A DNA stretch of 64,000 nt from an uncultured Bacteroidales bacterium (GTDB lineage: Bacteria; Bacteroidota; Bacteroidia; Bacteroidales; WCHB1-69), in the NCBI GenBank assembly GCA_946413585.1, contig CAMKLG010000011.1:1717-65716 (forward strand), read 5' to 3'. The notes under the pieces are model-generated. The model was given only the letters and a program-made list of their open reading frames with translations. It made no database searches and was not told the DNA's origin. The translations under genes were made by a program, and so were the position numbers. This document shows, piece by piece, positions 1-8,674 of the stretch; the first letter of the stretch is position 1; each line of letters opens with the position of its first letter.

Positions 1-1
1 G

Positions 2-919
2 CTCTACCTGAAACCGTTCACCCTCGAGGAAACAGAAAGGTATTTGGTCTCGCGGGGCATCCATTGGAACCGTTACGACATCGTGGAGTGCTACATGACG
101 ATGGGCGGCATCCCTTATTATCTGAAACTCCTCGACAACGAGCTCTCTTACCTCGCCAATATCGATGCTGTGTTCTTCAAGCCCAAAGGCCCGCTGTGGG
201 ATGAGTTCGACCACCTTTACGCGACCTTGTTCGGTACTTCGAAAGGATACCTGAAAATCATTGAAGCGTTGGCCACGAAGAAATCGGGCCTCACCCGGAA
301 AGAGATCGTCAACGAAACACATTTAGAAGACAACGGACTTCTCACGGAAATGCTGAAAAACATGTCGGACTGCCAGTTCGCAAGGACATACAGCACCTTT
401 GGCTATAATGAGAAGAACGTGGTGTACCAGCTCTCAGACTATTTCACGCTGTTTTACCTTCGCTTTTTGAAAGGGAAGCAAAATCCCGACGAACACTTTT
501 GGAGCCACATTCTCGACAACCCGGCAAAAAGCAGCTGGGCGGGGCAGACCTTTGAGCAAGTATGCAAAGATCATATCAACCAAGTCAAAAAAGCCATCGG
601 AATCAGCGCATTGTTGACGGACATTTCCACTTGGCAGGGTTCTTCGGAAAGCGGGAAGGCGCAGATTGACCTCATCATCGACCGTCGCGACCGTACGATC
701 AACATTGGCGAAATCAAGTTCTCCGTGGATGAGTTTGCCATCGACAAGGATTATGAGGAGAGGCTCAGAAAGAAACTTCAGGTATTCCGCGAAGCCACTC
801 ATACGCGCAAAGCCTTGCAGTTGGTCATGATCACCACTTACGGAGTCCGGCAGAACGCCCATAGCGGCATCGTGCAAACGCAGGTGAAGATGGACGACTT
901 GTTTGTAAAAGAAGCCTGA
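2..919 (+). CDS. AAA/archaeal-type ATPase with C-terminal PD-(D/E)XK-like domain, 5' truncated by window edge
   Basis: Frame open from base 2 (LYLKPFTLEETERYL...). GGIPYYL, W.G..FE.VC..H and QIDLIIDR.D...GEIKF motifs are typical of Bacteroidales ATP-binding proteins. Confidence 0.8.
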   Translation, partial: LYLKPFTLEETERYLVSRGIHWNRYDIVECYMTMGGIPYYLKLLDNELSYLANIDAVFFKPKGPLWDEFDHLYATLFGTSKGYLKIIEALATKKSGLTRKEIVNETHLEDNGLLTEMLKNMSDCQFARTYSTFGYNEKNVVYQLSDYFTLFYLRFLKGKQNPDEHFWSHILDNPAKSSWAGQTFEQVCKDHINQVKKAIGISALLTDISTWQGSSESGKAQIDLIIDRRDRTINIGEIKFSVDEFAIDKDYEERLRKKLQVFREATHTRKALQLVMITTYGVRQNAHSGIVQTQVKMDDLFVKEA

Positions 920-930
920 TTTCGGATATC

Positions 931-1365
931 ATGTTGACCGTCCGCCATATCCGCCACTGGTACGAGCCGAAGCTGCCGCACGCGGTCTTCATCAACGGTT
1001 TTTTCGCCGGGATGATGAAGGACCACGACCTGCGCATTGAAGCGCCGCCTGGGAAATACAGTCTTAAAGTGCAGTTCGGAGGCCCGTTGCGTTTTGGGGA
1101 AAGCGGCAAGAGCATCGACCTGTCGCTGTCATCCACCACACAGGTGGAGATTCCGCAAAACGGCGAGGTTCTCTGCACGTTCCACGACCGCGAACGACTC
1201 TGGAACATCCTGTTCGACATCGACCTTGTCCTCTGGATTATTTCCTGGTTCGTCACGATGCCCCCGCTCTACAAAATCCTGTCCGATGTCTTCTTCGCGA
1301 TTTGGATAGTGCGAATAGTGGTGATAAGGAAGCGGTATTATAAGATATGTTGTAAAAATCCCTAA
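931..1365 (+). CDS. hypothetical membrane protein
   Basis: 144-aa ORF with two C-terminal hydrophobic segments and operon-like spacing. Confidence 0.6.
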   Translation: MLTVRHIRHWYEPKLPHAVFINGFFAGMMKDHDLRIEAPPGKYSLKVQFGGPLRFGESGKSIDLSLSSTTQVEIPQNGEVLCTFHDRERLWNILFDIDLVLWIISWFVTMPPLYKILSDVFFAIWIVRIVVIRKRYYKICCKNP

Positions 1366-1371
1366 TAAATT

Positions 1372-1827
1372 ATGAACGCTACAGAATTTATTCAGAAACT
1401 TGGCCTTGAGCCCCATCCCGAGGGAGGCTATTACCGCCAGCTGTTCGGCAACGACGAAACAGGCGACAAAGCGGTTTCCACCATCTATTACATGCTGACC
1501 GCCAACGACATGTCGGCGTTCCATCGACTGCACAACATGGTGGAAATCTGGTATTTCCACGCAGGCGAACCGCTCAACATCTATGTGATTGATCCGGACG
1601 GGACGCTGAACGTCCATCAGCTTTCCGAACAAAACGAGATGCAGGTGCTCATCTATCCGGAGCAGTGGTTCGCCGCCGAGATCCCCTCCAAACGCGGTTT
1701 CTGTCTTGCCGGGTGCGCCGTCGGTCCTGCCTTCCGATTCGAAAACTTCGAGCTGGCCAAGAAGAATGAGTTGCTGAAACAGTACCCTCAGCATAATGCG
1801 TTGATAGAACGAATGTGTAAAGAATAA
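1372..1827 (+). CDS. cupin, DUF985 family
   Basis: LGLEPHPEGGYY, STIYYML, SAFHRL, EIWYFHAG, GCAVGPAFRFENFEL. Confidence 0.9.
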   Translation: MNATEFIQKLGLEPHPEGGYYRQLFGNDETGDKAVSTIYYMLTANDMSAFHRLHNMVEIWYFHAGEPLNIYVIDPDGTLNVHQLSEQNEMQVLIYPEQWFAAEIPSKRGFCLAGCAVGPAFRFENFELAKKNELLKQYPQHNALIERMCKE

Positions 1828-1844
1828 CCATAAATAGACCCATT

Positions 1845-2537
1845 ATGACCTTACAAGAAGCCATCGTTGCCCGCCACAGCGTGCGGCAATACATTGAAAA
1901 GCCCATCGAGGCGGAGAAAGTACAGCAATTGCAAACCCTCATCGACGAGTGCAACCGCGAGGGTGGATTGCATATACAGTTAGTGACAGAGGAACCCAAC
2001 GCCTTTGCCGGCGGGATGGCCAAGTACGGCAAGTTCCGCGGCGTGCGCAACTACATCGCCATGATCTGCAAGAAAGGCGACGACGTGAAACTCGGCTACT
2101 ACGGCGAGAAGGTGATCCTGTTGGCGCAAACGCTCGGGCTGAACACCTGCTGGGTGGGGCTCTCCTTCCGCAAACAGCCCGACCAGTACAAGGTGGACGA
2201 CGGCGAGACGCTCGTCTGCGTGGTGTCGCTCGGTTACGGTGCCAACCAAGGGGTCCAGCACCCTCAGAAAAGGACTGTCGCCGATGTGACGGACGACCGC
2301 CGCACTGCCGACCACGGCAAGCCTTTCCCTGCGTGGTTCGGGCGTGGCGTGGAGGCCGCGTTGTTGGCACCCACGGCCGTGAACCAGCAGAAGTTCGTGT
2401 TTGTCCTGCACGATGACAACCGTGTGGAGGCCAAGGCGAAGTTCTCCCTCATAGGCTATGCCAAACTCGACCTCGGCATCGCCAAATGCCACTTCGAGAT
2501 CGGCGCGGGCGGGGAAGGGAGTTTTGAGTGGGCGTAA
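1845..2537 (+). CDS. nitroreductase family protein
   Basis: RHSVRQY, GYYGEKVILLAQTLGLNTCWVG, APTAVNQQ, DLGIAKCHFE. Confidence 0.9.
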   Translation: MTLQEAIVARHSVRQYIEKPIEAEKVQQLQTLIDECNREGGLHIQLVTEEPNAFAGGMAKYGKFRGVRNYIAMICKKGDDVKLGYYGEKVILLAQTLGLNTCWVGLSFRKQPDQYKVDDGETLVCVVSLGYGANQGVQHPQKRTVADVTDDRRTADHGKPFPAWFGRGVEAALLAPTAVNQQKFVFVLHDDNRVEAKAKFSLIGYAKLDLGIAKCHFEIGAGGEGSFEWA

Positions 2538-2642
2538 TTTTCACGATGCCTTTTTCTATCTGGAAATTATTCGGATGAATGACATAGCTAACACTAATGC
2601 GCTCATTGAATTTCTCTTTGAACCGATCCAGAGATGTGGTCG

Positions 2643-2816
2643 ATGATTTCGTCGAAAGATTACAATCCGCAATTCAGTTTCACCCTTTCAGACGAGATGC
2701 TGACAAAGCCATTAAGCAAACAAAGCTATGTGAAAAACTAGTTGATACTGGGAGACATTGAACGCGATGTGGTGAGAAGATTCATCATAGATTCGGAGAC
2801 GGTATTACATAATTGA
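2643..2816 (+). pseudogene. probable remnant of a PemK/MazF-like toxin gene (C-terminal half, internal TAG at 2739)
   Basis: Reads MISSKDYNPQFSFTLSDEMLTKPLSKQSYVKN*LILGDIERDVVRR, which resembles Bacteroidales PemK-like proteins as recalled. No N-terminal half is present. Confidence 0.4.
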
Positions 2817-2843
2817 AGTGTCTTGATTTCATCAGGAAAATTG

Positions 2844-2851
2844 TATTTTTG
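2844..2851 (+). promoter_or_regulatory. Bacteroidota -7 promoter element
   Basis: TATTTTTG matches TAnnTTTG, ending 23 nt before ATG 2874. Confidence 0.6.
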
Positions 2852-2873
2852 CACTTTTAATAATTCTGTTTTT

Positions 2874-4049
2874 ATGAGTAACCCCCTTTTCAACATCCAG
2901 TACGGCCTGTTCGTCATCACCACATGTGACGGCGGCCGCGACAATGGCTGCATTAGCAATACCATCGCGCAGGTGGCCATGCAGCCCGATCGCATTTCCG
3001 TGGCTCTCAACAAGGGCAACCTGACCACCGAACTCATCCAGCATTCGCGCCGGTTTACCGCCTCCATCATCAGTGAGGCCGCCGATTTCGAGTTGTTCAA
3101 GCACTTCGGCTTCCAGAGCGGTCGCGAAGTCGATAAGTTCGCCGACTTCAAGGACTGCCGCCGTGTCGCGAACGGCACATTAGCCGTCACCCGCGGCACC
3201 AACGCTTACATTTCCGTCGAGGTGGAGCAGGTCGTAGATCTCGGCTCTCACGTTCTCTTCATCGGGCCCGTCGCAGAAGCGGAAGTGCTCAACGAGGTGC
3301 CTTCCGCCACGTATAGCTACTACATGGAGCACATCAAGCCGAAGCCGCAACCTGTGGGGCAGACCGCCGAGGGCAAGACCATTTGGCGTTGCACCATCTG
3401 CGGTTACGAATATGTGGGCGAGGAGCTCCCTGAGGACTTCATCTGTCCCATCTGCAAGCATCCCGCCTCGGACTTCGAAAAAGTCGTTGCGGAAGCCCAT
3501 GCGCCCGCAAATCCTGGCAAGTACGCCGGCACGCGCACGGAGAAGAACTTGGAGGCCGCTTTCGCCGGCGAGAGCATGGCCCGCAACAAATACACCTACT
3601 ACGCCTCCGTGGCCCAGCGGAACGGCTACGAGCAGATTGCCGCCCTCTTCCTGAAAACCGCTGACAACGAGCGTGAGCACGCCAAGCTTTGGTTCAACCA
3701 TCTGGGTGGAGTGGGCACGACCGCCGAGAACCTGCTGCACGCCGCCGAAGGCGAGAACTACGAGTGGACGGACATGTACGACAAGTTCGCCCGCGAGGCC
3801 GACGAGGAGGGATTCCACGAGCTGGCCGAGCAATTCCGGGCCGTCGCGGCCATCGAGAAGCACCACGAAGAGCGCTACCGCGCCCTGTTGCACAACGTGG
3901 AGGCCGCAGAGGTCTTCCGCAAGAGCGGTGTCAGCATCTGGGAGTGCCGCAACTGCGGTCACATCGTCATTGGCACCGAAGCCCCCAAGGTATGCCCCGT
4001 CTGCTTCTACTCCCAGGGCTGGTTCGAGATCAACGCGGAGAACTACTGA
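2874..4049 (+). CDS. flavin reductase-like + rubredoxin + rubrerythrin fusion
   Basis: N-terminal flavin reductase (YGLFVIT...NGCISNT...GSHVLFIG), WRCTICGY...CPICK rubredoxin, rubrerythrin ([25 protein letters not shown]) and C-terminal CRNCG...CPVC. Confidence 0.9.
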   Translation: MSNPLFNIQYGLFVITTCDGGRDNGCISNTIAQVAMQPDRISVALNKGNLTTELIQHSRRFTASIISEAADFELFKHFGFQSGREVDKFADFKDCRRVANGTLAVTRGTNAYISVEVEQVVDLGSHVLFIGPVAEAEVLNEVPSATYSYYMEHIKPKPQPVGQTAEGKTIWRCTICGYEYVGEELPEDFICPICKHPASDFEKVVAEAHAPANPGKYAGTRTEKNLEAAFAGESMARNKYTYYASVAQRNGYEQIAALFLKTADNEREHAKLWFNHLGGVGTTAENLLHAAEGENYEWTDMYDKFAREADEEGFHELAEQFRAVAAIEKHHEERYRALLHNVEAAEVFRKSGVSIWECRNCGHIVIGTEAPKVCPVCFYSQGWFEINAENY

Positions 4050-4178
4050 TACTGACCGCAAGCTAATCCCTTCCCACGAACATGCTGCAGGATGGTTTTA
4101 TGACGCCATAAAATTTCTGCATCTGAGTTCATAACTGTTTCAAAGAAGTTGTGTTTTGCACTTTATATACGAAGAATT

Positions 4179-5387
4179 ATGAAAAAGCCATCCTTGACAG
4201 CTCAAATCGGCATCGCCCTTGTGCTGGCGGTGATTGTCGGTGTGTTGCTTCGACATCAGGTCGATTTTGTCAATACTTATATTAAGCCCTTCGGCATCAT
4301 CTTCTTGAATTTGTTGAAATTCATTGTGGTGCCGTTAGTGCTTTTCTCCATCATGGCGGGCATCTTGTCGATGAATGACATTTCGAAGGTGGGGAAGTTA
4401 GGAGTCCGCGCACTGCTTTATTTCGTGGTGACGACTCTCTTCGCGGTGACTTTGGGACTATTGGTGCCAAGTTTAGTGAAAAACATACTTCCGGTCATCC
4501 GAATCAACGCTGACGCATCGGCAGGGACCGTCGAGACGCCACATTTTTCCGTGATGGAACAGATCGTGAATATGTTCCCGAACAATATTCTTGAGCCCGT
4601 TAGTTCTATGGCGATGATGCAGGTTATAGTGATAGCTCTCTTTTTCGGTGTCGCGATGGTGCATATAGGCGAGAAGGGCGAGATGGCACGGAAGGTGACC
4701 CTCAGCTTCAACGATGTGGTGGGCAAGATTTTGGAGTACATCATGGCGTTGGCACCCATCGGCGTGTTTTGTATGCTTACTCCCGTGGTGGTGGAAAATG
4801 GTCCGGCGGTGCTCGGCTCCTACGCGGCCTTGTTGGTATTGGCCTATTTCTGTTTTGCTGTGCATGCAGGTGTGGTCTATGCTTCCGCAGTCGGTCTTTT
4901 AGGCAGAATCAACCCGCTGAGATTCTTCAAGGGAATGCAGCCGGCCATGCTGTTCGCCTTCTCCAGCGACTCGTCGGTGGCTACCTTGCCTTACACCATG
5001 CAATGCACTGAGAAATTGGGCGTGAACAAAGAAATTGGGCGTTTTGTGCTGTCATTGGGTGCAACGATCAACATGGATGGTGTCGCCATCTATTTGGGGG
5101 TGGCCTCCGTGTTCATGGCTGTCTGTTGTGGCATTGACCTTACCATGTCTCAGTACATGGCCATCGCATTTGCCTCCACGGTGGCTTCTGTCGGCACGCC
5201 GGGCATTCCAGGTGGCAGTTTGGCGTTGATGGCGATGGTGTTCGCCTCGGCCGGAATCCCCGTGGAGTGTGTGGCCGTGGCCGCGGGCATTGACCGCATC
5301 ATCGACATGGGGCGCACCGTCATGTCAATCACTGGCGATGCCTCTTGCGCCGTTGTCATGCAGCGACAGATAGGGAAAAATAGATAG
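4179..5387 (+). CDS. dicarboxylate/amino acid:cation symporter (DAACS)
   Basis: AFSSDSSVATLP, GATINMDG and GIDRIIDMGRT motifs; multiple TM helices. Confidence 0.92.
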   Translation: MKKPSLTAQIGIALVLAVIVGVLLRHQVDFVNTYIKPFGIIFLNLLKFIVVPLVLFSIMAGILSMNDISKVGKLGVRALLYFVVTTLFAVTLGLLVPSLVKNILPVIRINADASAGTVETPHFSVMEQIVNMFPNNILEPVSSMAMMQVIVIALFFGVAMVHIGEKGEMARKVTLSFNDVVGKILEYIMALAPIGVFCMLTPVVVENGPAVLGSYAALLVLAYFCFAVHAGVVYASAVGLLGRINPLRFFKGMQPAMLFAFSSDSSVATLPYTMQCTEKLGVNKEIGRFVLSLGATINMDGVAIYLGVASVFMAVCCGIDLTMSQYMAIAFASTVASVGTPGIPGGSLALMAMVFASAGIPVECVAVAAGIDRIIDMGRTVMSITGDASCAVVMQRQIGKNR

Positions 5388-5422
5388 GTCTTCAGAGTGC
5401 CTTTTGTGTAACCAATTCAAGA

Positions 5423-5614
5423 ATGCGTATGCTGACCGTGTCGTGTACTTGGTATTATCCGCAGTTCTGCGCCCGCTATGACAGGGATCCCAAGCAGGCT
5501 GTTGCCACGCGCACGCGCATCTTCAAGAGTCTGCGTGACAACGGACAATACCTTGCGGGAGCCCACTGTTACGAGCATTTCATCAACCTTCGCGACCGTA
5601 ACAAGGAACGTTGA
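5423..5614 (+). pseudogene. probable C-terminal fragment of an MBL-fold hydrolase
   Basis: YPQFCARYDRDPKQAVATRTRIF...LAGAH resembles the end of MBL-fold hydrolases. No HxHxDH region upstream. Confidence 0.4.
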
Positions 5615-5625
5615 GACAGGCTCGT

Positions 5626-7458
5626 TTACCACTCCTCCTCTTCATCCGTCTTCATCTCCAATTTTGTGGCAATCTGGAAATAGCGACGGAAAACTTCCAT
5701 GCCCTCGCGCAGTTGGTCTGAAATGCCGGGCTGTTGACAAATTTCATCGCAGAAAGTGAAAATCTTCTCATTGGCGATGACGATGCATTTCACGCGGGCG
5801 CGGGTGATGGCTACGTTCAAGCGGTTCGGACTGTAGAAAAATTCCAAACGGTCTTCCACTTCCGCTGGGTTTGAATTGGACATACTGTAAATGATGTAGT
5901 CCTTTTCCTGACCTTGCATCCGCTCTACTGTGTCTATAAATAATTGGTTTACAGATAATTGTGTTGATTTATTTTCTGATAAGGAGCGTTTGATTTCGCG
6001 GATTTGTGCGCGGTAGGGACTCATAATGCCGATTTGAGGGATTGACACGCTGTTGCGCAACAAATCCGACACGATGTCGGTGGTGAGGTTGGCCTCGTAG
6101 GGCGAACGCCCGAGCGAGTCGAACGCATGATGAATCACCAACAGTTCATTAGAGGGATGGTTGACGATTTGTGGTGCGGCAGGGCAAGTGAAACGGGTGT
6201 AGGGTTGCTCTATTTCGTGTGCGGCGGAGATACGGTCATCGTAGAATAGTTGGTTAGGAATGTGTATCAGGTTGTCATTCAGACGATAGGATTGATCCAG
6301 CAGGGTAATGTCCTTTGGATAGAGGTCAGCCAGACGCTTGAAAATGCTGCAGTCGAAGAAACGGTTGCCTGTGTTTTGCGGCACGATGGGGTCGAGTTGC
6401 TGGTGGTCGCCGACGAAGACAAGTTTTTTGCCGCGCATGATGGCGGGCAACGCAAGCGGGATGCTCATTTGGGCGGCTTCGTCCATGATGATGTAGTCGA
6501 ACAGCCAGCCTTCCAGTTTTTTACTGGCAGGAGAACACAGAGCAAACGGAGTCCCACCGATGACAAAGCCCTGTTGCGAGTAGGCGGGATTGTTCTCATA
6601 ATCGTGCTTTTTCAGCGAGGATTTCCGGGTGATGTGCGAATTGTGCAGAATTTCTTCCGCCTGATATCGCTCACCCACCTTCACCACTAGTGTGGCATCT
6701 TGCAACTCTTTGGCGATGGCGTTCAAGCAGTTGTTGATGGCCGTATGCGTGGGTGCGGTCACGAAAACTTTCTTGCCGCATTGCACCAAGAAGCGCACAA
6801 TCTTAGCGATGGTGAAGGTCTTTCCTGTGCCTGGAGGACCCTGAATCAAATGGAAATAGTTGCAGGTGAATGCTTTGCGGATGGCCTCGTTTTGGGAAGG
6901 ATTTCCGCATGTGGGCGAAGGCGATTCGCGATATTGGTTTGGAAATTGTCCCGTCAAGAAGCGTTCGAGGTGGTCGCAGTAGTCGGGATTACCGTACAGA
7001 ATATCCCAAGAAGTTTGTAAGAGTCGCTGAGTGATGTTGGTGTTAACGGCGTTGATTTCCCATCCGTTGCATGGGAAATGGCGGGCATCCATGAGGTTAC
7101 GTTGGATTTCATAGCTGCCCGAACGCAACACAAAATCGTTTACACCGTCTTCCTCGATTTCCATGAGGAAAGAGAGCGGGCCGTGACTGAGTCGCACCTG
7201 TGTGCCTTCGCGGAATTTGGAGATGTTGTTCGCGCAACGGATACGCACGCGGCTAATGTAGCGCATCGGTGCGGCGGGCATGGTTATCCATCGTGAGGGT
7301 GCACCGTCATAAAACTCGAACTCTGCGTGCAGATTGGTCATCGTGTAGCCGCGATTTACGCGCTCCTGTAACGGCCGACTCATAAGTTCGTTGTACTCTT
7401 CGTCTTGACGCTGTTGCTGGATGTTGATGGCATCGGAAAGTTGCTGGAGGAAGGACAT
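5626..7458 (-). CDS. SF1 helicase, UPF1/DNA2/NAM7-like (AAA_11/AAA_12)
   Basis: QGPPGTGKT, DEAAQ, GDHQQL, SYRL, PYRAQ, TVERMQGQEKD, NRLNVAITRAR. Confidence 0.9.
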   Translation of the reverse strand: MSFLQQLSDAINIQQQRQDEEYNELMSRPLQERVNRGYTMTNLHAEFEFYDGAPSRWITMPAAPMRYISRVRIRCANNISKFREGTQVRLSHGPLSFLMEIEEDGVNDFVLRSGSYEIQRNLMDARHFPCNGWEINAVNTNITQRLLQTSWDILYGNPDYCDHLERFLTGQFPNQYRESPSPTCGNPSQNEAIRKAFTCNYFHLIQGPPGTGKTFTIAKIVRFLVQCGKKVFVTAPTHTAINNCLNAIAKELQDATLVVKVGERYQAEEILHNSHITRKSSLKKHDYENNPAYSQQGFVIGGTPFALCSPASKKLEGWLFDYIIMDEAAQMSIPLALPAIMRGKKLVFVGDHQQLDPIVPQNTGNRFFDCSIFKRLADLYPKDITLLDQSYRLNDNLIHIPNQLFYDDRISAAHEIEQPYTRFTCPAAPQIVNHPSNELLVIHHAFDSLGRSPYEANLTTDIVSDLLRNSVSIPQIGIMSPYRAQIREIKRSLSENKSTQLSVNQLFIDTVERMQGQEKDYIIYSMSNSNPAEVEDRLEFFYSPNRLNVAITRARVKCIVIANEKIFTFCDEICQQPGISDQLREGMEVFRRYFQIATKLEMKTDEEEEW

Positions 7459-7461
7459 GTT

Positions 7462-7514
7462 GGTTTAGGGTTTATAGGTTTAAGGTTTATGGGTTTGTAG
7501 GTCAGGGGTTAGGG
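7462..7514. repeat. degenerate heptamer repeat (GGTTTAG-like) abutting the helicase start codon
   Basis: ggtttagggtttataggtttaaggtttatgggtttgtaggtcaggggttaggg. Confidence 0.7.
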
Positions 7515-7562
7515 TACGTTTCGTAATTGTAAGTATGAAAATTCGCCAAATGTTACAGGTCG

Positions 7563-7570
7563 CAAAAATA
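7563..7570 (-). promoter_or_regulatory. -7 promoter element for the helicase
   Basis: Reverse complement is TATTTTTG. Confidence 0.55.
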
Positions 7571-7643
7571 ATTTTTTTATGGAATTGTTTTGAGAACGGG
7601 ATGAGAAAAAATAGTAGAACTGTTGATGTGTTAAAAAAAATTG

Positions 7644-7651
7644 TAGTTTTG
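7644..7651 (+). promoter_or_regulatory. -7 promoter element for the SBP/phosphatase operon
   Basis: TAGTTTTG upstream of 7698. Confidence 0.6.
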
Positions 7652-7697
7652 CAGGGTTCAATTTTTTATTATTCTTTAATCAAGGCCCAATTAGTAA

Positions 7698-8672
7698 ATG
7701 GACAACAAAAACATATCGTTCTGTCATAAGATGTCACGTTTCATCAGCGTTTTTTTACTGTTTTTGGTCGGTGTTCACCATTTGCAAGCGCAGGAAAAGT
7801 TCATATTCACCCCTCAATGGACCGCACAGGCGCAGTTCGCCGGTTACTATGTGGCGCAGGAAAAAGGATTCTACAAGGAAGCTGGGCTCAACGTGGAGAT
7901 CGTCCATCCTTCGCTCACGCAACCGGCCATGAAGCGCATCCAGAACAAAGAGAGCCAAGCCACCACGCTGCAACTCAGCCAGGCACTGGAAATCGTGGAT
8001 AGCGGCATCGAATTGGTGAACATCCTGCAGACCTCCATGAACAACGCATTGACCATCGTGTCGCGCCGTGGGATGAACCCGTTGACACAAAAGGGTGCGC
8101 GTGTGGGAATCTGGGCCTCCGGCTCCAGCCAGCTGGCCCGTTGTGTGAACATCAAAGAACATCTTGACTACGAGTGGGTTCCCTTCGCCTCGAATGTAAA
8201 TCTCTTTGTGGCGGGTGCCATCGACGCGACGGTGGCCATGAGCTATAACGAATACTACCAGCTGTTGCAGACGGGCCTTCCGATGGACGAGAAATGCGTA
8301 TATCGGCTCAGCGAGCACGGCTACAATTTCCAGGAGGACGGGGTCTATGTGACACGGGATTACTACAACAAGCACCGAGACCAGACGAAAAAGTTCGCCC
8401 AAGCCAGCCGTAAAGGTTGGGAATGGGCAGCCGCACATCCGGATGAGACCCTCGACATCGTGATGAAATATGTGCAGGAGAACCACATCATCACCAACAG
8501 AACCCTGCAGAAGCTGATGCTGGAAGAGATTCTCCGCTTGCAAGTGGATCGCGATTCCGGGAAGCGGGAGTTCCGCCTCCGTCCCGACATGGTGAAAAAG
8601 CTCAGCCAGCTTCTAATGGAGTGTGAAATGCTGAAACGTGAGGTTACTTACGAACAACTAATCGCCCAATAG
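7698..8672 (+). CDS. NMT1/THI5-like substrate-binding protein (no permease nearby)
   Basis: Signal peptide; QWTAQAQFAGYYVAQEKGFYKEAGLNVEI; AMSYNEY; ASRKGWEWA. Confidence 0.85.
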   Translation: MDNKNISFCHKMSRFISVFLLFLVGVHHLQAQEKFIFTPQWTAQAQFAGYYVAQEKGFYKEAGLNVEIVHPSLTQPAMKRIQNKESQATTLQLSQALEIVDSGIELVNILQTSMNNALTIVSRRGMNPLTQKGARVGIWASGSSQLARCVNIKEHLDYEWVPFASNVNLFVAGAIDATVAMSYNEYYQLLQTGLPMDEKCVYRLSEHGYNFQEDGVYVTRDYYNKHRDQTKKFAQASRKGWEWAAAHPDETLDIVMKYVQENHIITNRTLQKLMLEEILRLQVDRDSGKREFRLRPDMVKKLSQLLMECEMLKREVTYEQLIAQ

Positions 8673-8674
8673 CC

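Noticed and set aside
5626-7458. Helicase as part of a named anti-phage system
   Set aside because: It is a stand-alone gene with no partner nuclease or defence neighbours.
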